NCBI GenBank assembly: GCA_050013055.1
Contig: JBEKGC010000014.1
Location: 195 to 64,194, forward strand
Length of the DNA stretch: 64,000 bases
Source of the DNA: Streptosporangiaceae bacterium
GTDB taxonomy: Bacteria > Actinomycetota > Actinomycetes > Streptosporangiales > Streptosporangiaceae
Direction of reading: 5' to 3'
Part shown: in pieces, positions 28,454-37,786 of the stretch
How positions within the stretch are numbered: position 1 is the stretch's first letter
How the letters are laid out: the number at the start of each line of letters is the position of its first letter
Program-made: the position numbers and the translations under genes
The notes under the pieces: model-generated
Told to the model about the DNA's origin: nothing
Database searches by the model: none
Seen by the model: the letters and a program-made list of their open reading frames with translations, nothing else

Positions 28454-29335
28454 TCATCGAAGCGCGCTGATGACCTTGGCGAAGTCCGCCATGTTCGGCA
28501 CCCGCAGGGTGTAGTAGGAGAACCCGTACGTCTCGCGGTACCGGTGCAGATCTTCCGCGATCGCCTTCGGCGTGCCGCTGAGCACGGCGGGGATCTTGTG
28601 CAGCTCCTCCGGCGGCATGCCGCTGATGTTGGGGAACGACGGCACGGCCGAACGGTCCTCGGTGATCTGCACCGCGTGCACGAGCGTGTTCATCTCGATG
28701 GCTGCGTACCGGTCACCCGCGGTGGTCCGCACATACTCGCACTGATCGGCGAGCTCGGCGCTGCTCAGCAGCCGGGCAGGCGTGAAGGCGTCGCGTGACC
28801 CGGCGCCGATGAGGCTCACGATATCCGCCTCGGTAGCGGAGAGCTTGCGGACCCGTTCGTTGATGGAGTTGCCGATCAGTATCGGGGGCACTGGGTCCTT
28901 CGCCAGCTGCTTGTACTCACCGACCAGCCGTTCCAGCCTGTCGATACGTTCGCTGGCGGTCGCCCACGGGATGCCAGACGACTCGAAGTCGTCCTTCATG
29001 TAACCGACGCCGATGCCCAGTTCGAGGCGGCCGTTGGTGTACTGCTGCAGCCCGATGACTTCGCGATTCAGCAACGCGGGACGATAGAGGCTGGCATTGA
29101 GCGTATAGGTGCCGACCCGGAGGCTGGTGGCCTCGGCGGCTGCGGCCAGCGCCAGGAATGGTGACCATGTCGTCCAGGCCTGTATACCGGCGAATGGAAG
29201 CTCCAGCTTGACCTGGTCAGACGCGGTGATAATGTCGTAGCCCAGATCCTCTGCCTGGCGGCAGATCTGCTGTATGTCGGCTTTAGATCCGCTAGGTATC
29301 AGATTTAGTCCGAAGCGGAACGGTCGATCGGTCAT
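28454..29335 (-). CDS. LLM-class (luciferase-like) flavin/F420-dependent oxidoreductase
   Basis: Start trimmed to ATG 29335 (MTDRPFRFGLNLIP), with a GGGAG RBS. The block GRLELGIGVGYMKDDF is typical of the LLM family. Confidence 0.85.
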   Translation of the reverse strand: MTDRPFRFGLNLIPSGSKADIQQICRQAEDLGYDIITASDQVKLELPFAGIQAWTTWSPFLALAAAAEATSLRVGTYTLNASLYRPALLNREVIGLQQYTNGRLELGIGVGYMKDDFESSGIPWATASERIDRLERLVGEYKQLAKDPVPPILIGNSINERVRKLSATEADIVSLIGAGSRDAFTPARLLSSAELADQCEYVRTTAGDRYAAIEMNTLVHAVQITEDRSAVPSFPNISGMPPEELHKIPAVLSGTPKAIAEDLHRYRETYGFSYYTLRVPNMADFAKVISALR

Positions 29336-29635
29336 TCTTGATACTCCCTGAGAGATGGTCCTAGCTGTAGCGGTGACATTGCTTGACCGTGCGATTACCG
29401 GCAAGACGAGGTCGGCTGCTCAGTCGAGTCTGACATCCGGCACCCGCTTTTCACCTCTTTGAGGTTGCGGCTATGCTGCCCAGCGCAGCGCTCGGCCCAC
29501 GCCTGTGTCGACACCCTCGCGGATGGCTGCCTGGCGGCTTGACTCCGGCCAGCGTTCATCGCGCATGATGCGATAAGTTGCGCCGCCGAATCGGTCATAG
29601 AGTGCAACAGACATCGCGAAAGGAAGGTCGCCGAG

Positions 29636-30421
29636 ATGGGCAGCTCAATTGTGCAGGGCAGATACTGGGGAATGCGGGCGTCGGACTGGGCCGAATTCCA
29701 GGAAGCATGCGTCAAGGAGTGTTACCTGGACGTCATCGAGCTGTTCGCTCCGCTGGACGGCGTCCGCTTGCTGGACGTCGGCTGCGCCGCAGGTGTCTTT
29801 GCGAAGCTCGCCAGCGAACGCGGTGCGACGGTCGCCGGGATCGATGCGTCGTCTGAACTTCTGGAGATCGCCGTCAAACAGGCTCCGGGGGTCGATTTCC
29901 GGGTCGGTGAGATGGAGGAGCTGCCCTACCCGGACGACAGTTTCGACATTGCGACGGGATTCAACGCCTTTCAGTACGCCTCCGACCCGGTCAACGCCCT
30001 CAGGGAGGCGGCGCGAGTGGTCAAGCCGGGCGGCAAGGTGGTCCGGATGACCTGGGGGCGCCCGGACCAGGTTGAGGCGGTGGCGTACGTGCGTGCGCTG
30101 GGAGCAACCCTCCCTCCGCCCGAGCCAGGGAAACCAAATTCGTTCGCCTTGGCGGAGCCGGGCGCGCTCGAAGACGTCATGGCGAAGGCGGGTATGGAGC
30201 CCGGAGAACGTCACGAGGTCGCCTGCCCGTGGATATATGCCGACTATGACGCGGCGATCCGCGGCCTGCTGGCCTCCGGTCAAGCAACTAAGGCTATCGA
30301 GTACTCCGGGCTGGACGCCGTTACGGCGGCGATTTCCCAGGGACTGGAGCCGTTCCGCCAGGACGACGGTTCGTACGTGATGCGAAATGTCTTCCATTAC
30401 GTTGCCGCGACTGTCGTATGA
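29636..30421 (+). CDS. Class I SAM-dependent methyltransferase
   Basis: 261 aa. Motif I is LLDVGCAAGVF, with the post-I acidic residue in GIDAS and motif II in VKPGGKVV. Confidence 0.85.
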   Translation: MGSSIVQGRYWGMRASDWAEFQEACVKECYLDVIELFAPLDGVRLLDVGCAAGVFAKLASERGATVAGIDASSELLEIAVKQAPGVDFRVGEMEELPYPDDSFDIATGFNAFQYASDPVNALREAARVVKPGGKVVRMTWGRPDQVEAVAYVRALGATLPPPEPGKPNSFALAEPGALEDVMAKAGMEPGERHEVACPWIYADYDAAIRGLLASGQATKAIEYSGLDAVTAAISQGLEPFRQDDGSYVMRNVFHYVAATVV

Positions 30422-30599
30422 CTGTTCAGCCGTCCTGACCATGGTGGTGGCCCGTCCCCGGAGACCCGGGCGTTCTCACGTCATGAGTCCGAATGATGAC
30501 AGCGGGTTGAGGTAGTCGCCGCTGGCCTAGCGGACGACGGCGATGAGGTTCCAGCCCGTTATGGCTGAGGGCGCCGGTACAGGTTGCGCAGGATGGGAA

Positions 30600-31076
30600 C
30601 GTTCCAGGGTTGCGTGGCTCCTGACGGCGCCGAAGCGGCGGACCTTCACCGCGGCGTACAAGACGCGGATCCTGCGCGAGTATGACCAGATGGAATCCGG
30701 GCGCGAGCGCGGCGCGCTGCTTGGCCGCGAAGGGCTTTACTCCTCCCATATCGACGGCTGGCGCAAAGCACGTGACGCGGGCGCGGCAAATGGAATGACG
30801 GATAAGCCGGCCGGGCGGCCGGGACGCAGCACCGAGACGGTGGAAAACGAGCGGCTGTGCGAACTGCTCGGGAAATCGCGGGCGACGCTGCACCCGCCAG
30901 CGCAATCCGGAACCGGCCGCAGAGAAGGCGCCGCCCGGACCGCGGGCACCGCATCCCGCGGCGCTGTCCGGGGCCGAGCAGGCCGCGCTGCTGGCCGTGC
31001 TGGACAGCGAGCGGTCCAGCCTCGACCCGTACGACCAGCGGTCACTTGTCACCCAAGCCGCCGTAGCAGCCGCCGG
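30600..31076 (+). mobile_element. IS3-family transposase remnant (orfA-like HTH plus the start of orfB), degenerate and truncated
   Basis: One frame gives APKRRTFTAAYKTRILREYDQMESGRERGALLGREGLYSSHIDGWRKARDAGA, a typical IS3 OrfA pattern; the expected ATG reads ACG. A second frame gives PAALSGAEQAALLAVLDSERSSLDP..., like an OrfB N-terminus. There is no DDE domain, and the element is cut off by the convergent LLM gene at 31077. I found no inverted terminal repeats. Confidence 0.6.
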
Positions 31077-31961
31077 TTACAAGACCGCCTCGGCGAGCAG
31101 CCTGAGCTGGCCCGGGTCGGATCCGGTTGGGTCGAAGATGAGCTCGTCGCAGCCGCCCGCGGCAAAAGCAGCGGCCATCGAGCGGGCCATCTCGGCGCTC
31201 GTCACCGTGCCGGCCCTGAAATAGCCGGCCAAGTCGCCGTCCCAGTCGTAAAAATGCGGGATGTAGGCGTCGGCTTGCGCGTCGGCGTCGGGCCCGAGCG
31301 CGAAGTACGTCATCGCCAGCTTGCGCGGCTTACCCGAGCGTCCCGCCGCCTGCCAGATCTCGTCGAGATGGGCCGCGGCACCGGCGAACATGTCGGGCGA
31401 GCCGCCGGCCATGATCCACCCGTCCGCGAAACGGGCGACACGCCCGAAGGTGGCCGGGGTCGTGGCGGCGCAGATGAGCTCGGGGCCGCCCTGCCGCACC
31501 GGCTCTGGCCCGATCCCGCCGGCGTAACCGAGCTTTTCGCCGGACCAGATCCGCCTCATCTCGGCCAGCTGCTCATCGAGGTGCCGTCCCCGGCCGGCCA
31601 TCGGCACCCCGCTAGCGGAGTAGTCGTCATCGCGCCCGCCGAGGCCGACGCCGAGCACCACGCGCCCGCCGGACAAGCGGTCGAGGGAGGCAACCTGCTT
31701 GGCGAGCAGCGCGGTGTTTGCGTACAGCGGGGCGATCAGCACGGCGGAGGTGAGCCGGATCCTGCTGGTGACTGCGGCGGCGGCGCTAAGGGCGATGAGT
31801 TCCTCGTAGCTCGGGTAAACGATCCGGCCGATCGTCCCCAGGCTGCTGAACCCTGCCTCATCGGCGCTCCTCGCCCAGCCGATGAGGGTCTTCCCGTCAG
31901 TGCCGGGCACGGCGTTGGGTAGCCCGATTCCGATGTCCATGCCTGCCTCCGCAGTCGTCAT
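31077..31961 (-). CDS. LLM-class F420-dependent oxidoreductase
   Basis: 294 aa. The blocks LDRLSGGRVVLGVGLGGRDDDY and MDIGIGLPNAVPG fit the family. The start may be the internal ATG at 31940. Confidence 0.85.
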   Translation of the reverse strand: MTTAEAGMDIGIGLPNAVPGTDGKTLIGWARSADEAGFSSLGTIGRIVYPSYEELIALSAAAAVTSRIRLTSAVLIAPLYANTALLAKQVASLDRLSGGRVVLGVGLGGRDDDYSASGVPMAGRGRHLDEQLAEMRRIWSGEKLGYAGGIGPEPVRQGGPELICAATTPATFGRVARFADGWIMAGGSPDMFAGAAAHLDEIWQAAGRSGKPRKLAMTYFALGPDADAQADAYIPHFYDWDGDLAGYFRAGTVTSAEMARSMAAAFAAGGCDELIFDPTGSDPGQLRLLAEAVL

Positions 31962-32648
31962 AGTTTGTGCCTTTAGAGCTAAATCAAGGTGACGTCGTCA
32001 CGATGCCAGCGGGTAGCCGGTACGCCGCTGACCCAACCGGTCAAGAACCCAATTCACAAGCATTTGCCACATGCGGGCCATGGGCAACTCGGTACGTGCT
32101 AGCCCGAAGTTGCGATCACCGGTCCGGTGAATAGAAGTTCTTCGTGGAAGATTCGGCCTTAGTGGCGATTTTGGTACCCTATCGAGGCTGTCGCGTGACT
32201 CCTGGGTGTCCCGGGTCAAGAGTTCAGCCGTGGCGGTCCTCCCGCGTGCATGCCAGGCCGCCCGGACGAGGGCCGGGGAGCATGCGGGGCCGTAGGCTGA
32301 CAGTAGGCCAGGGATTGTGGATATTTAGCTTCTTATTTCGACGGTAACGATCCACAATCGCTGGCGGAGCAGGCGGGGCCGGGGCGGGAGGTTCTGGTGA
32401 GGGGGGCGGGGTGTGGGTGAACGGGGCCACCGGTGGCGGGTCGCCGGATAGCTCTGCGACAGCCTCTATCGGGTACCGGATCATCCGCAGAAGCCGAATC
32501 CTCCGTGATTCTCCCGGGGTTCCGTGCATCATGGGGCGCTGGCGTACCAGGAACCGCACCAGCATTGGCGCAGGACCGTGCCATCCGCAGCACGCGATAC
32601 CGGGCCGCTCGCCCGGGCAGACGTTGGCTGACGGGGCGCCGGCCTCCG

Positions 32649-32912
32649 CTAGGGCGCGAGCTCGAGTTCGATCTCCTGCACCTCGTCGGCGGGCAGCCCG
32701 GCCGCGGCGGCGTGGTCGCGGATGTGCTGGGCGGTAGGAGCCGAGTAGACGCAGTAGGAGGTCAGGCCGTCTGCGTTGCGGACAACATGCGAGTGCTCCC
32801 ACTCGATCTCCGGGAAGCTCTCGACGCGCACGCGGCGAGAGACCTCGGCAGCTGCCTCGACATCGGCTTCGGTAACGTCGCCAAGCACACGATGAATCAA
32901 GAAGCGTGGCAT
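32649..32912 (-). CDS. DUF4242 family small protein
   Basis: 87 aa, MPRFLIHRVLGDVTEADVEAAAEVSRRV...SYCVYSAPTAQHIRDHA, the family pattern. Confidence 0.7.
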   Translation of the reverse strand: MPRFLIHRVLGDVTEADVEAAAEVSRRVRVESFPEIEWEHSHVVRNADGLTSYCVYSAPTAQHIRDHAAAAGLPADEVQEIELELAP

Positions 32913-33002
32913 CGGTCTCTCCTTGCGTTCGAGCGCGGATACCTGGACTCGCCAAGTATGCCAAGGCGACGGCGTGGTTACCAGTATCCGGCTGCCTTCA
33001 GC

Positions 33003-33024
33003 TAGCGGGACTCGAGTCCCGCTA
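33003..33024. promoter_or_regulatory. 22-bp perfect palindrome in a divergent promoter region (operator candidate)
   Basis: The sequence is TAGCGGGACTC|GAGTCCCGCTA. It lies between DUF4242 (start 32912, minus) and the MFS gene (start 33061, plus). Coordinates were checked against the ORF-track frame. Confidence 0.4.
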
Positions 33025-33060
33025 TATCACCGCACATATCGGGATGGTTAGCCTGGTTAT

Positions 33061-34524
33061 ATGTCAGCTAGGTTTTCCGATGATTCGCGCCCGGGCCGCA
33101 TCGGGATAGTGTACGCAACTATCTACGCGGCAGTATTCATGTCCAATCTGGATCTGTTCGTGGTCAACGTGGCGCTGCCAGATATAGGCCGCGCCTTTCA
33201 TGGCGCCAGCCTGAACTCGCTGTCGTGGATCCTCAACGCATACGCCATCGTGTTTGCCGCACTGCTCGTCACCGCCGGACGCCTGTTTGACCGCTACGGA
33301 CACCGGCTCGGCTTTCTGATCGGCATTCTGGTATTCACGGCCAGTTCCGTCCTGTGCGCGGCATCTGACGAGCTGGGCTGGCTGCTGGCTGGTCGTGTTC
33401 TGCAGGCCGTCGGGGCCGCGGTACTGCTGCCCACCTCGCTCGCGCTGCTGCTCGTCACCGCCCCGCCCGGGCGGCGTGCCCGGGTGGTTCGCGCCTGGAG
33501 CGCGGTGGGTGGCGTGGCCGCCGCCCTCGGCCCGGTAGTCGGCGGCGTCCTGGTTCAGGCTAGCTGGCGCTGGGTATTCCTGATCAATGTTCCGGTCGGC
33601 GTCCTGGCTTTGATCACTGGATCGCGCGTGCTGCCGGCCGAACGCCGGCCGGAACGCGGCCCGGTGCCCGATCTGCTCGGCGCCCTGCTGCTGACCGCCG
33701 CCGTGGGCCTGCTGGCGCTTGGCCTGATCGAAGGCAACGACTGGGGGTGGACAAGCCCCCGGGTTCTGGGCTCGCTAGCCGCTACCCCGTTGCTGGTCAT
33801 CCTGTTCGTCGCCCAGTCGGCCAGACACCGCGCTCCCGTCGTAGAACTGCCGATTCTCCGGATCATCCCGTTCAGCGCCGCCAGCATCGCCACGGCCCTG
33901 TTCGCGGTGCTCTTCTCCGGCATGATTCTCTCCGCGTCCCTGTGGTGTCAGAGCGTATGGGGCTACTCGGCCCTGCGGACCGGCCTGGCCCTGGCCCCTG
34001 GGCCGTTGATGGTTCCTCCGATGGCCGCGCTCGCAGGGCCGCTCGCACGCCGGATAGGAAACGGTGCGGTGGCCGCTCTCGGCAATCTCCTCTTCGGCGG
34101 CGGCGTGCTGTACTGGGCGCTGCGCACCGGCGTCGCCACCGGCTATACGGCCGGTATGCTGCCCGGCTTCTTGATCGGCGGCGTGGGCGTCGGCCTGGCC
34201 CTCCCCACGATGACCGCGGCCGGCGCCACCGCGCTGCCAGCAGAGCGCTTCGCGACTGGCACCGGCGTCCTCACCATGGCCCGCCAGATCGGTGCCGTCA
34301 TCGGCGTCGCGATCATCGTGGTCATCATCGGTGCCCCGCACGGCCTGGCCGAGGCCCAGAACGCTTTCCGCCATGGCTGGTACGCGACGGCCGGCGTCGG
34401 CGTCCTAGCGGCCGTCGCTTCCCTGGTGATCCCGAGGTCTACGGCTAAGCCCCAGGCACTTTCCGCGCAATCCCCGGCCGCGGCACCCGTCGCGACGGGT
34501 GCCGCCATCGACCGTACCGGATAA
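33061..34524 (+). CDS. MFS transporter, DHA2 type
   Basis: 487 aa with 14 hydrophobic segments. The block MSNLDLFVVNVALPDIGRAF parallels the other DHA2 gene. Confidence 0.9.
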   Translation: MSARFSDDSRPGRIGIVYATIYAAVFMSNLDLFVVNVALPDIGRAFHGASLNSLSWILNAYAIVFAALLVTAGRLFDRYGHRLGFLIGILVFTASSVLCAASDELGWLLAGRVLQAVGAAVLLPTSLALLLVTAPPGRRARVVRAWSAVGGVAAALGPVVGGVLVQASWRWVFLINVPVGVLALITGSRVLPAERRPERGPVPDLLGALLLTAAVGLLALGLIEGNDWGWTSPRVLGSLAATPLLVILFVAQSARHRAPVVELPILRIIPFSAASIATALFAVLFSGMILSASLWCQSVWGYSALRTGLALAPGPLMVPPMAALAGPLARRIGNGAVAALGNLLFGGGVLYWALRTGVATGYTAGMLPGFLIGGVGVGLALPTMTAAGATALPAERFATGTGVLTMARQIGAVIGVAIIVVIIGAPHGLAEAQNAFRHGWYATAGVGVLAAVASLVIPRSTAKPQALSAQSPAAAPVATGAAIDRTG

Positions 34525-34549
34525 ATCTCGCGTTCGGGAGTGATCTTGC

Positions 34550-35269
34550 GTGGCTGTGGATGAGCATGGAACCCGCGCAGTAGGTCCGGTATGGACACAG
34601 GTCCCGTACTGGATCGCGTACCAGCGGGTCAGGCGGAATCTGACTGACTTGCTCCGCTATCACGACGGAGCGAGGGACCAGCGGGTACCCGCATGTCCGG
34701 ACTGGACCGTCAGGGATACGATCGCTCACCTGGTCGAGATCTGCCGCAGGACCGAGGCCAGCCTGGCCCTCGGGTCAGCCGGCCAGCCGGCCCTGGCCGA
34801 CGATATCGGCCAGCTCGATCTGAGCGATCTGCTGACGGAGTGGGAACGCAGCGGCCGCCGGCTCGAGATGAGCATGGCCCGGGCTGAGCAGGCCGGCCAG
34901 GGGGCGGTGATGGTCATGGACGCCTTCGCCCACGAGGTCGACATCAGGTGTGCGCTCGGGGCGCCGCGGCTGAGGGACCATCCGGCCTGCCTTCCGGCCC
35001 TGGAGGTTGCCATCAGGGGGTTCGGGGGCTCGATCACGTCCTATGGGCTGCCCGCGCTCCGGCTCACAACCTGGGGAGCCGCCTGGACCGCCGGAGACGG
35101 CGAGCCTGCCGCTGTCGTCAGCGCTTCGCCGCTTGACCTCTTCCGGTCGCTCACCGGGCGGCGCACTCACCGGCAGATCGAACAGCTCACCTGGACGGCC
35201 GATCCTGCACCGTGGCTTCCCGCGTTCACCTGGGGACCGTTCCTGCCGCCTGACCAGCCGGCCGGATAA
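34550..35269 (+). CDS. Maleylpyruvate isomerase-family mycothiol-dependent enzyme (DinB fold)
   Basis: 239 aa with a GTG start. The motif is CPDWTVRDTIAHLVEI. Confidence 0.7.
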   Translation: MAVDEHGTRAVGPVWTQVPYWIAYQRVRRNLTDLLRYHDGARDQRVPACPDWTVRDTIAHLVEICRRTEASLALGSAGQPALADDIGQLDLSDLLTEWERSGRRLEMSMARAEQAGQGAVMVMDAFAHEVDIRCALGAPRLRDHPACLPALEVAIRGFGGSITSYGLPALRLTTWGAAWTAGDGEPAAVVSASPLDLFRSLTGRRTHRQIEQLTWTADPAPWLPAFTWGPFLPPDQPAG

Positions 35270-35347
35270 AAGCGACTACGGCTGAGGTGGTTCCGGGAAA
35301 TGTGGCCATGGGTTGGCGGTAGTCGGTGTGCATAATCCGCCAGGTCT

Positions 35348-35373
35348 TGAAGTTCGCGATAATCTGAACTTCA
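35348..35373. promoter_or_regulatory. Operator-like inverted repeat flanking a -10-like GATAAT, upstream of the ACAD operon
   Basis: The sequence is TGAAGTTC-GCGATAATCT-GAACTTCA. It is followed at 35398-35430 by the direct repeats AGTGCGCCTCA x2 and the CTTGAG/CTCAAG inverted repeat. Confidence 0.35.
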
Positions 35374-35470
35374 GCCCATTTGCCTATTCGCTAGAGTGCG
35401 TCTTGAGTGCGCCTCAAGTGCGCCTCAAAGGCCGCGATCAGGCGGCAATTTTCGTGTAGCGTACATCGAT

Positions 35471-36664
35471 GTGCTGGCAAATGTTACCGATATCCCAGAT
35501 GGGCCGTCGTCTCAGCAAGTTGCCGACTGGGTCCGTATTCAGCTGTCTGGTTTTTTGTCCGATGTGGTCAACCCAGGGGCCGCTGACCGGGACGCGGCCG
35601 GCACGCCACTGACCGCTGCCGCCTTCGCGCCCGCCGCCGTGGCCGGCCTGTTCGGGTACCTCGTCCCCGCCGCCCACGGCGGCGCGGGCGGCGACCGGCG
35701 TACCTTCGGCCTGATACTTGAACACCTCGGCCACGCCTGCGAGGAGCTGGAATACGCCTCCCTGGTGTCCATGTACGCCGACATCCCTGCCGTCATCGCC
35801 GCCGCCGGCCGCCCCGACCTGACCGACCGCTACGTCCTGCCGATGATCACCGGGAAACGGTTCGGCACCATGGCTTACACCGAGCGAACTGACGCCTTCG
35901 ATTTCGGCTGCCGGGTCATCGCGGCGGGCGGCGGGTTCGAGGTGACCGGGGACAAGGTGCTGCAGACCGGCGGTCACCTTGCCGACGTGTTCCTCACCTA
36001 CGTCCGCGACGACCGCGACGACCTGCGGGCGTTCCTGATCGAACGCGGCGATCCCGGCGTCACCGTCGAGCCGGTCCCGACCTCCGGATTCAAGGCGGCG
36101 GGCCTGACCCGGCTAACCCTCGACCGGGTAAGCCTCGACGCGGGCCGGCAGCTCGTCCGCGTCGACGGGCTCAGCCACGCCCAGCTGTTCCTCAACCAGC
36201 GTCGGCTGTTCATCGCCTGTCCGATGGTCGGCCGGATGAGGGCGATCCTCGAGCACTGCGCCCGGTACCTCAGTGGCGTGATCCGCCACGGCCAGCCGGT
36301 CAACGGGTTCCAGGCCGTGCAGGCCAGGCTCGGCCGGATGCGAATTCGGTACGAGACCTCCCGCGCCGTCCTGCACGACGCCCTGGACCGGCTGGGCGCC
36401 GGTGACTACAACGGACTGTTCGACCCGGTCATCTCGGCGGCGAAATACGCCGTCGTTGACAACGCTATTGCCCTGGCCATGGACGCCGTCCACCTCACCG
36501 GGTGGATGGGTTACAGCCGCGAGCTTCCCTACGAACGGTACCTGCGCGGGTTCATGGGTGGCATCGCCGGCCAGACCGCGCAAGACGTCCTAGAAATCCT
36601 CCTCGGCAACGACGTGATAACCCAATCCGAGTTCGGCCGCCACCTCGAGGGAGTCCTACCATGA
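35471..36664 (+). CDS. Acyl-CoA dehydrogenase-family protein
   Basis: This is ORF 35396-36664. I prefer the GTG 35471 start because the preceding 25 codons have poor GC3 and the size then fits about 397 aa. The ACAD-like layout shows GYLVPAAHGGAGGD, a mid beta-domain and C-terminal helices ending ...GIAGQTAQDVLEIL. The stop overlaps the next ATG as ATGA. Confidence 0.75.
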   Translation: MLANVTDIPDGPSSQQVADWVRIQLSGFLSDVVNPGAADRDAAGTPLTAAAFAPAAVAGLFGYLVPAAHGGAGGDRRTFGLILEHLGHACEELEYASLVSMYADIPAVIAAAGRPDLTDRYVLPMITGKRFGTMAYTERTDAFDFGCRVIAAGGGFEVTGDKVLQTGGHLADVFLTYVRDDRDDLRAFLIERGDPGVTVEPVPTSGFKAAGLTRLTLDRVSLDAGRQLVRVDGLSHAQLFLNQRRLFIACPMVGRMRAILEHCARYLSGVIRHGQPVNGFQAVQARLGRMRIRYETSRAVLHDALDRLGAGDYNGLFDPVISAAKYAVVDNAIALAMDAVHLTGWMGYSRELPYERYLRGFMGGIAGQTAQDVLEILLGNDVITQSEFGRHLEGVLP

Positions 36665-36942
36665 AGATCGTGCTGTCCGGCGCCTTGGTGCGCTTTGCCG
36701 ACTACACGAAGGAAGTCGAAGTCGAGGCCACCACCGTCACCGAAGGCCTCGAGTTCCTCACCGCCCGCTACCCTGACCTCAAAACCGTGCTTCTCGACGG
36801 CGACGGCCGGGTCCGGCGTACCCACCAGCTGTTCCTCAACGGCGAGCAGGTCGAGCGGGGCGCGTACCCGCTGGGTGCAGCCCCGGTCAGCTGCGCCAAC
36901 CCGGACACCTTGTTCGTGCTGACCGCAGTGGCCGGAGGCTGA
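36661..36942 (+). CDS. MoaD/ThiS-family ubiquitin-like sulfur-carrier protein (C-terminal Gly-Gly)
   Basis: 93 aa, running from MKIVLSGALVRFADYTKEVEVEATTVTEGLEFL to ...NGEQV...PDTLFVLTAVAGG-stop. The beta-grasp pattern and terminal GG are typical of the family. The start is ATGA-coupled to the ACAD gene. Confidence 0.7.
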   Translation: MKIVLSGALVRFADYTKEVEVEATTVTEGLEFLTARYPDLKTVLLDGDGRVRRTHQLFLNGEQVERGAYPLGAAPVSCANPDTLFVLTAVAGG

Positions 36943-36943
36943 G

Positions 36944-37786
36944 ATGCCGCGGCGTACCCGCATCGCCTTGACCTCCGACACCTGCCTCTTCTCGCCGGTG
37001 CAGATGCACCCGGCCTCGATCCTGCGGGTCGGGATGGCCGCATTGGCGTCCTGCATCGGCACCCAGCTCACCGAATGGCGGGCCCTCAAGCTGGAGCATC
37101 GCACCACCGTCGTCATCATCGGGGTCACGCTCACCTACCTGCGCGACTTCGGTTTCTTCTCCGCCAGCCATATCAACGTCGACGCGGGCCTGACCACTCG
37201 CCGCGGCGGCCGGTTCCTCGAACTCGAGTGCGTCCTCGGGCCGGCCGACGACCCGTTCGCCGTGCTCACCGTCCTCAACCGGCCGGTCACCCTCAGTGGT
37301 ACCGAGGCCCTCGACGGAACCCCCGGTTCCCTCGACTCGGTCCTGCTGGCCCGCTTCGACGCCGACGAGCACGACGAGTCCCCGGTCGCCCGACCCGTCA
37401 TCGACGCCACCAAGGCCCTCGAGACCGGCGGTGAGCTGATCGACAAGGGCACGATGTCGTTCACCGTCTCCCGGGCCGACTGCGAGATCGCCGACCAATG
37501 GCAGAACGTACGCCTGCCCGACTGGTTGTCGATGGGCCGCGAACGGATGGTGTTCGCGGCCGCCGACCCCCGGGTCAAGACCGGGCTGCGGGTCCCCATG
37601 ACCCGCCTCTACGCCGAGTACCGTCGCCCGATGTACCTCGGCGACGAGGGGATCCTCGCCACCCGGGCTTACGCGACCGCCGGCACGGTGTCGTTCGTGC
37701 ATGAGCTGCGCACCGTCACATCCGGCGCTCCTGAAGGCGTCTGCGCGGTCGCAGTCGAGGAATTCGCCACCGGCGGGCAACCATGA
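36944..37786 (+). CDS. Hypothetical protein, possibly a double hot-dog (thioesterase/LnmK-like) fold
   Basis: 280 aa with high GC3. It starts 1 nt after the MoaD-like stop, and its own stop overlaps the next ATG as ATGA. The two halves each look like a hot-dog unit, for example FTVSRADCEIADQWQNVRLPDWLSMGRERM. The fold call is weak. Confidence 0.55.
   Translation: MPRRTRIALTSDTCLFSPVQMHPASILRVGMAALASCIGTQLTEWRALKLEHRTTVVIIGVTLTYLRDFGFFSASHINVDAGLTTRRGGRFLELECVLGPADDPFAVLTVLNRPVTLSGTEALDGTPGSLDSVLLARFDADEHDESPVARPVIDATKALETGGELIDKGTMSFTVSRADCEIADQWQNVRLPDWLSMGRERMVFAAADPRVKTGLRVPMTRLYAEYRRPMYLGDEGILATRAYATAGTVSFVHELRTVTSGAPEGVCAVAVEEFATGGQP

Noticed and set aside
30543-31922. 459-aa plus-strand ORF
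   Set aside because: Only its first 100 or so codons carry signal (the IS3 OrfA relic). The rest is the antisense shadow of the LLM oxidoreductase at 31077-31961.
32224-32964. 246-aa minus-strand ORF and a G-rich tract at 32370-32420
   Set aside because: It overlaps the well-formed DUF4242 gene in another frame. Its Arg/Pro-rich shadow composition and the absence of a start context argue against it. The G-rich tract shows no repeat structure.
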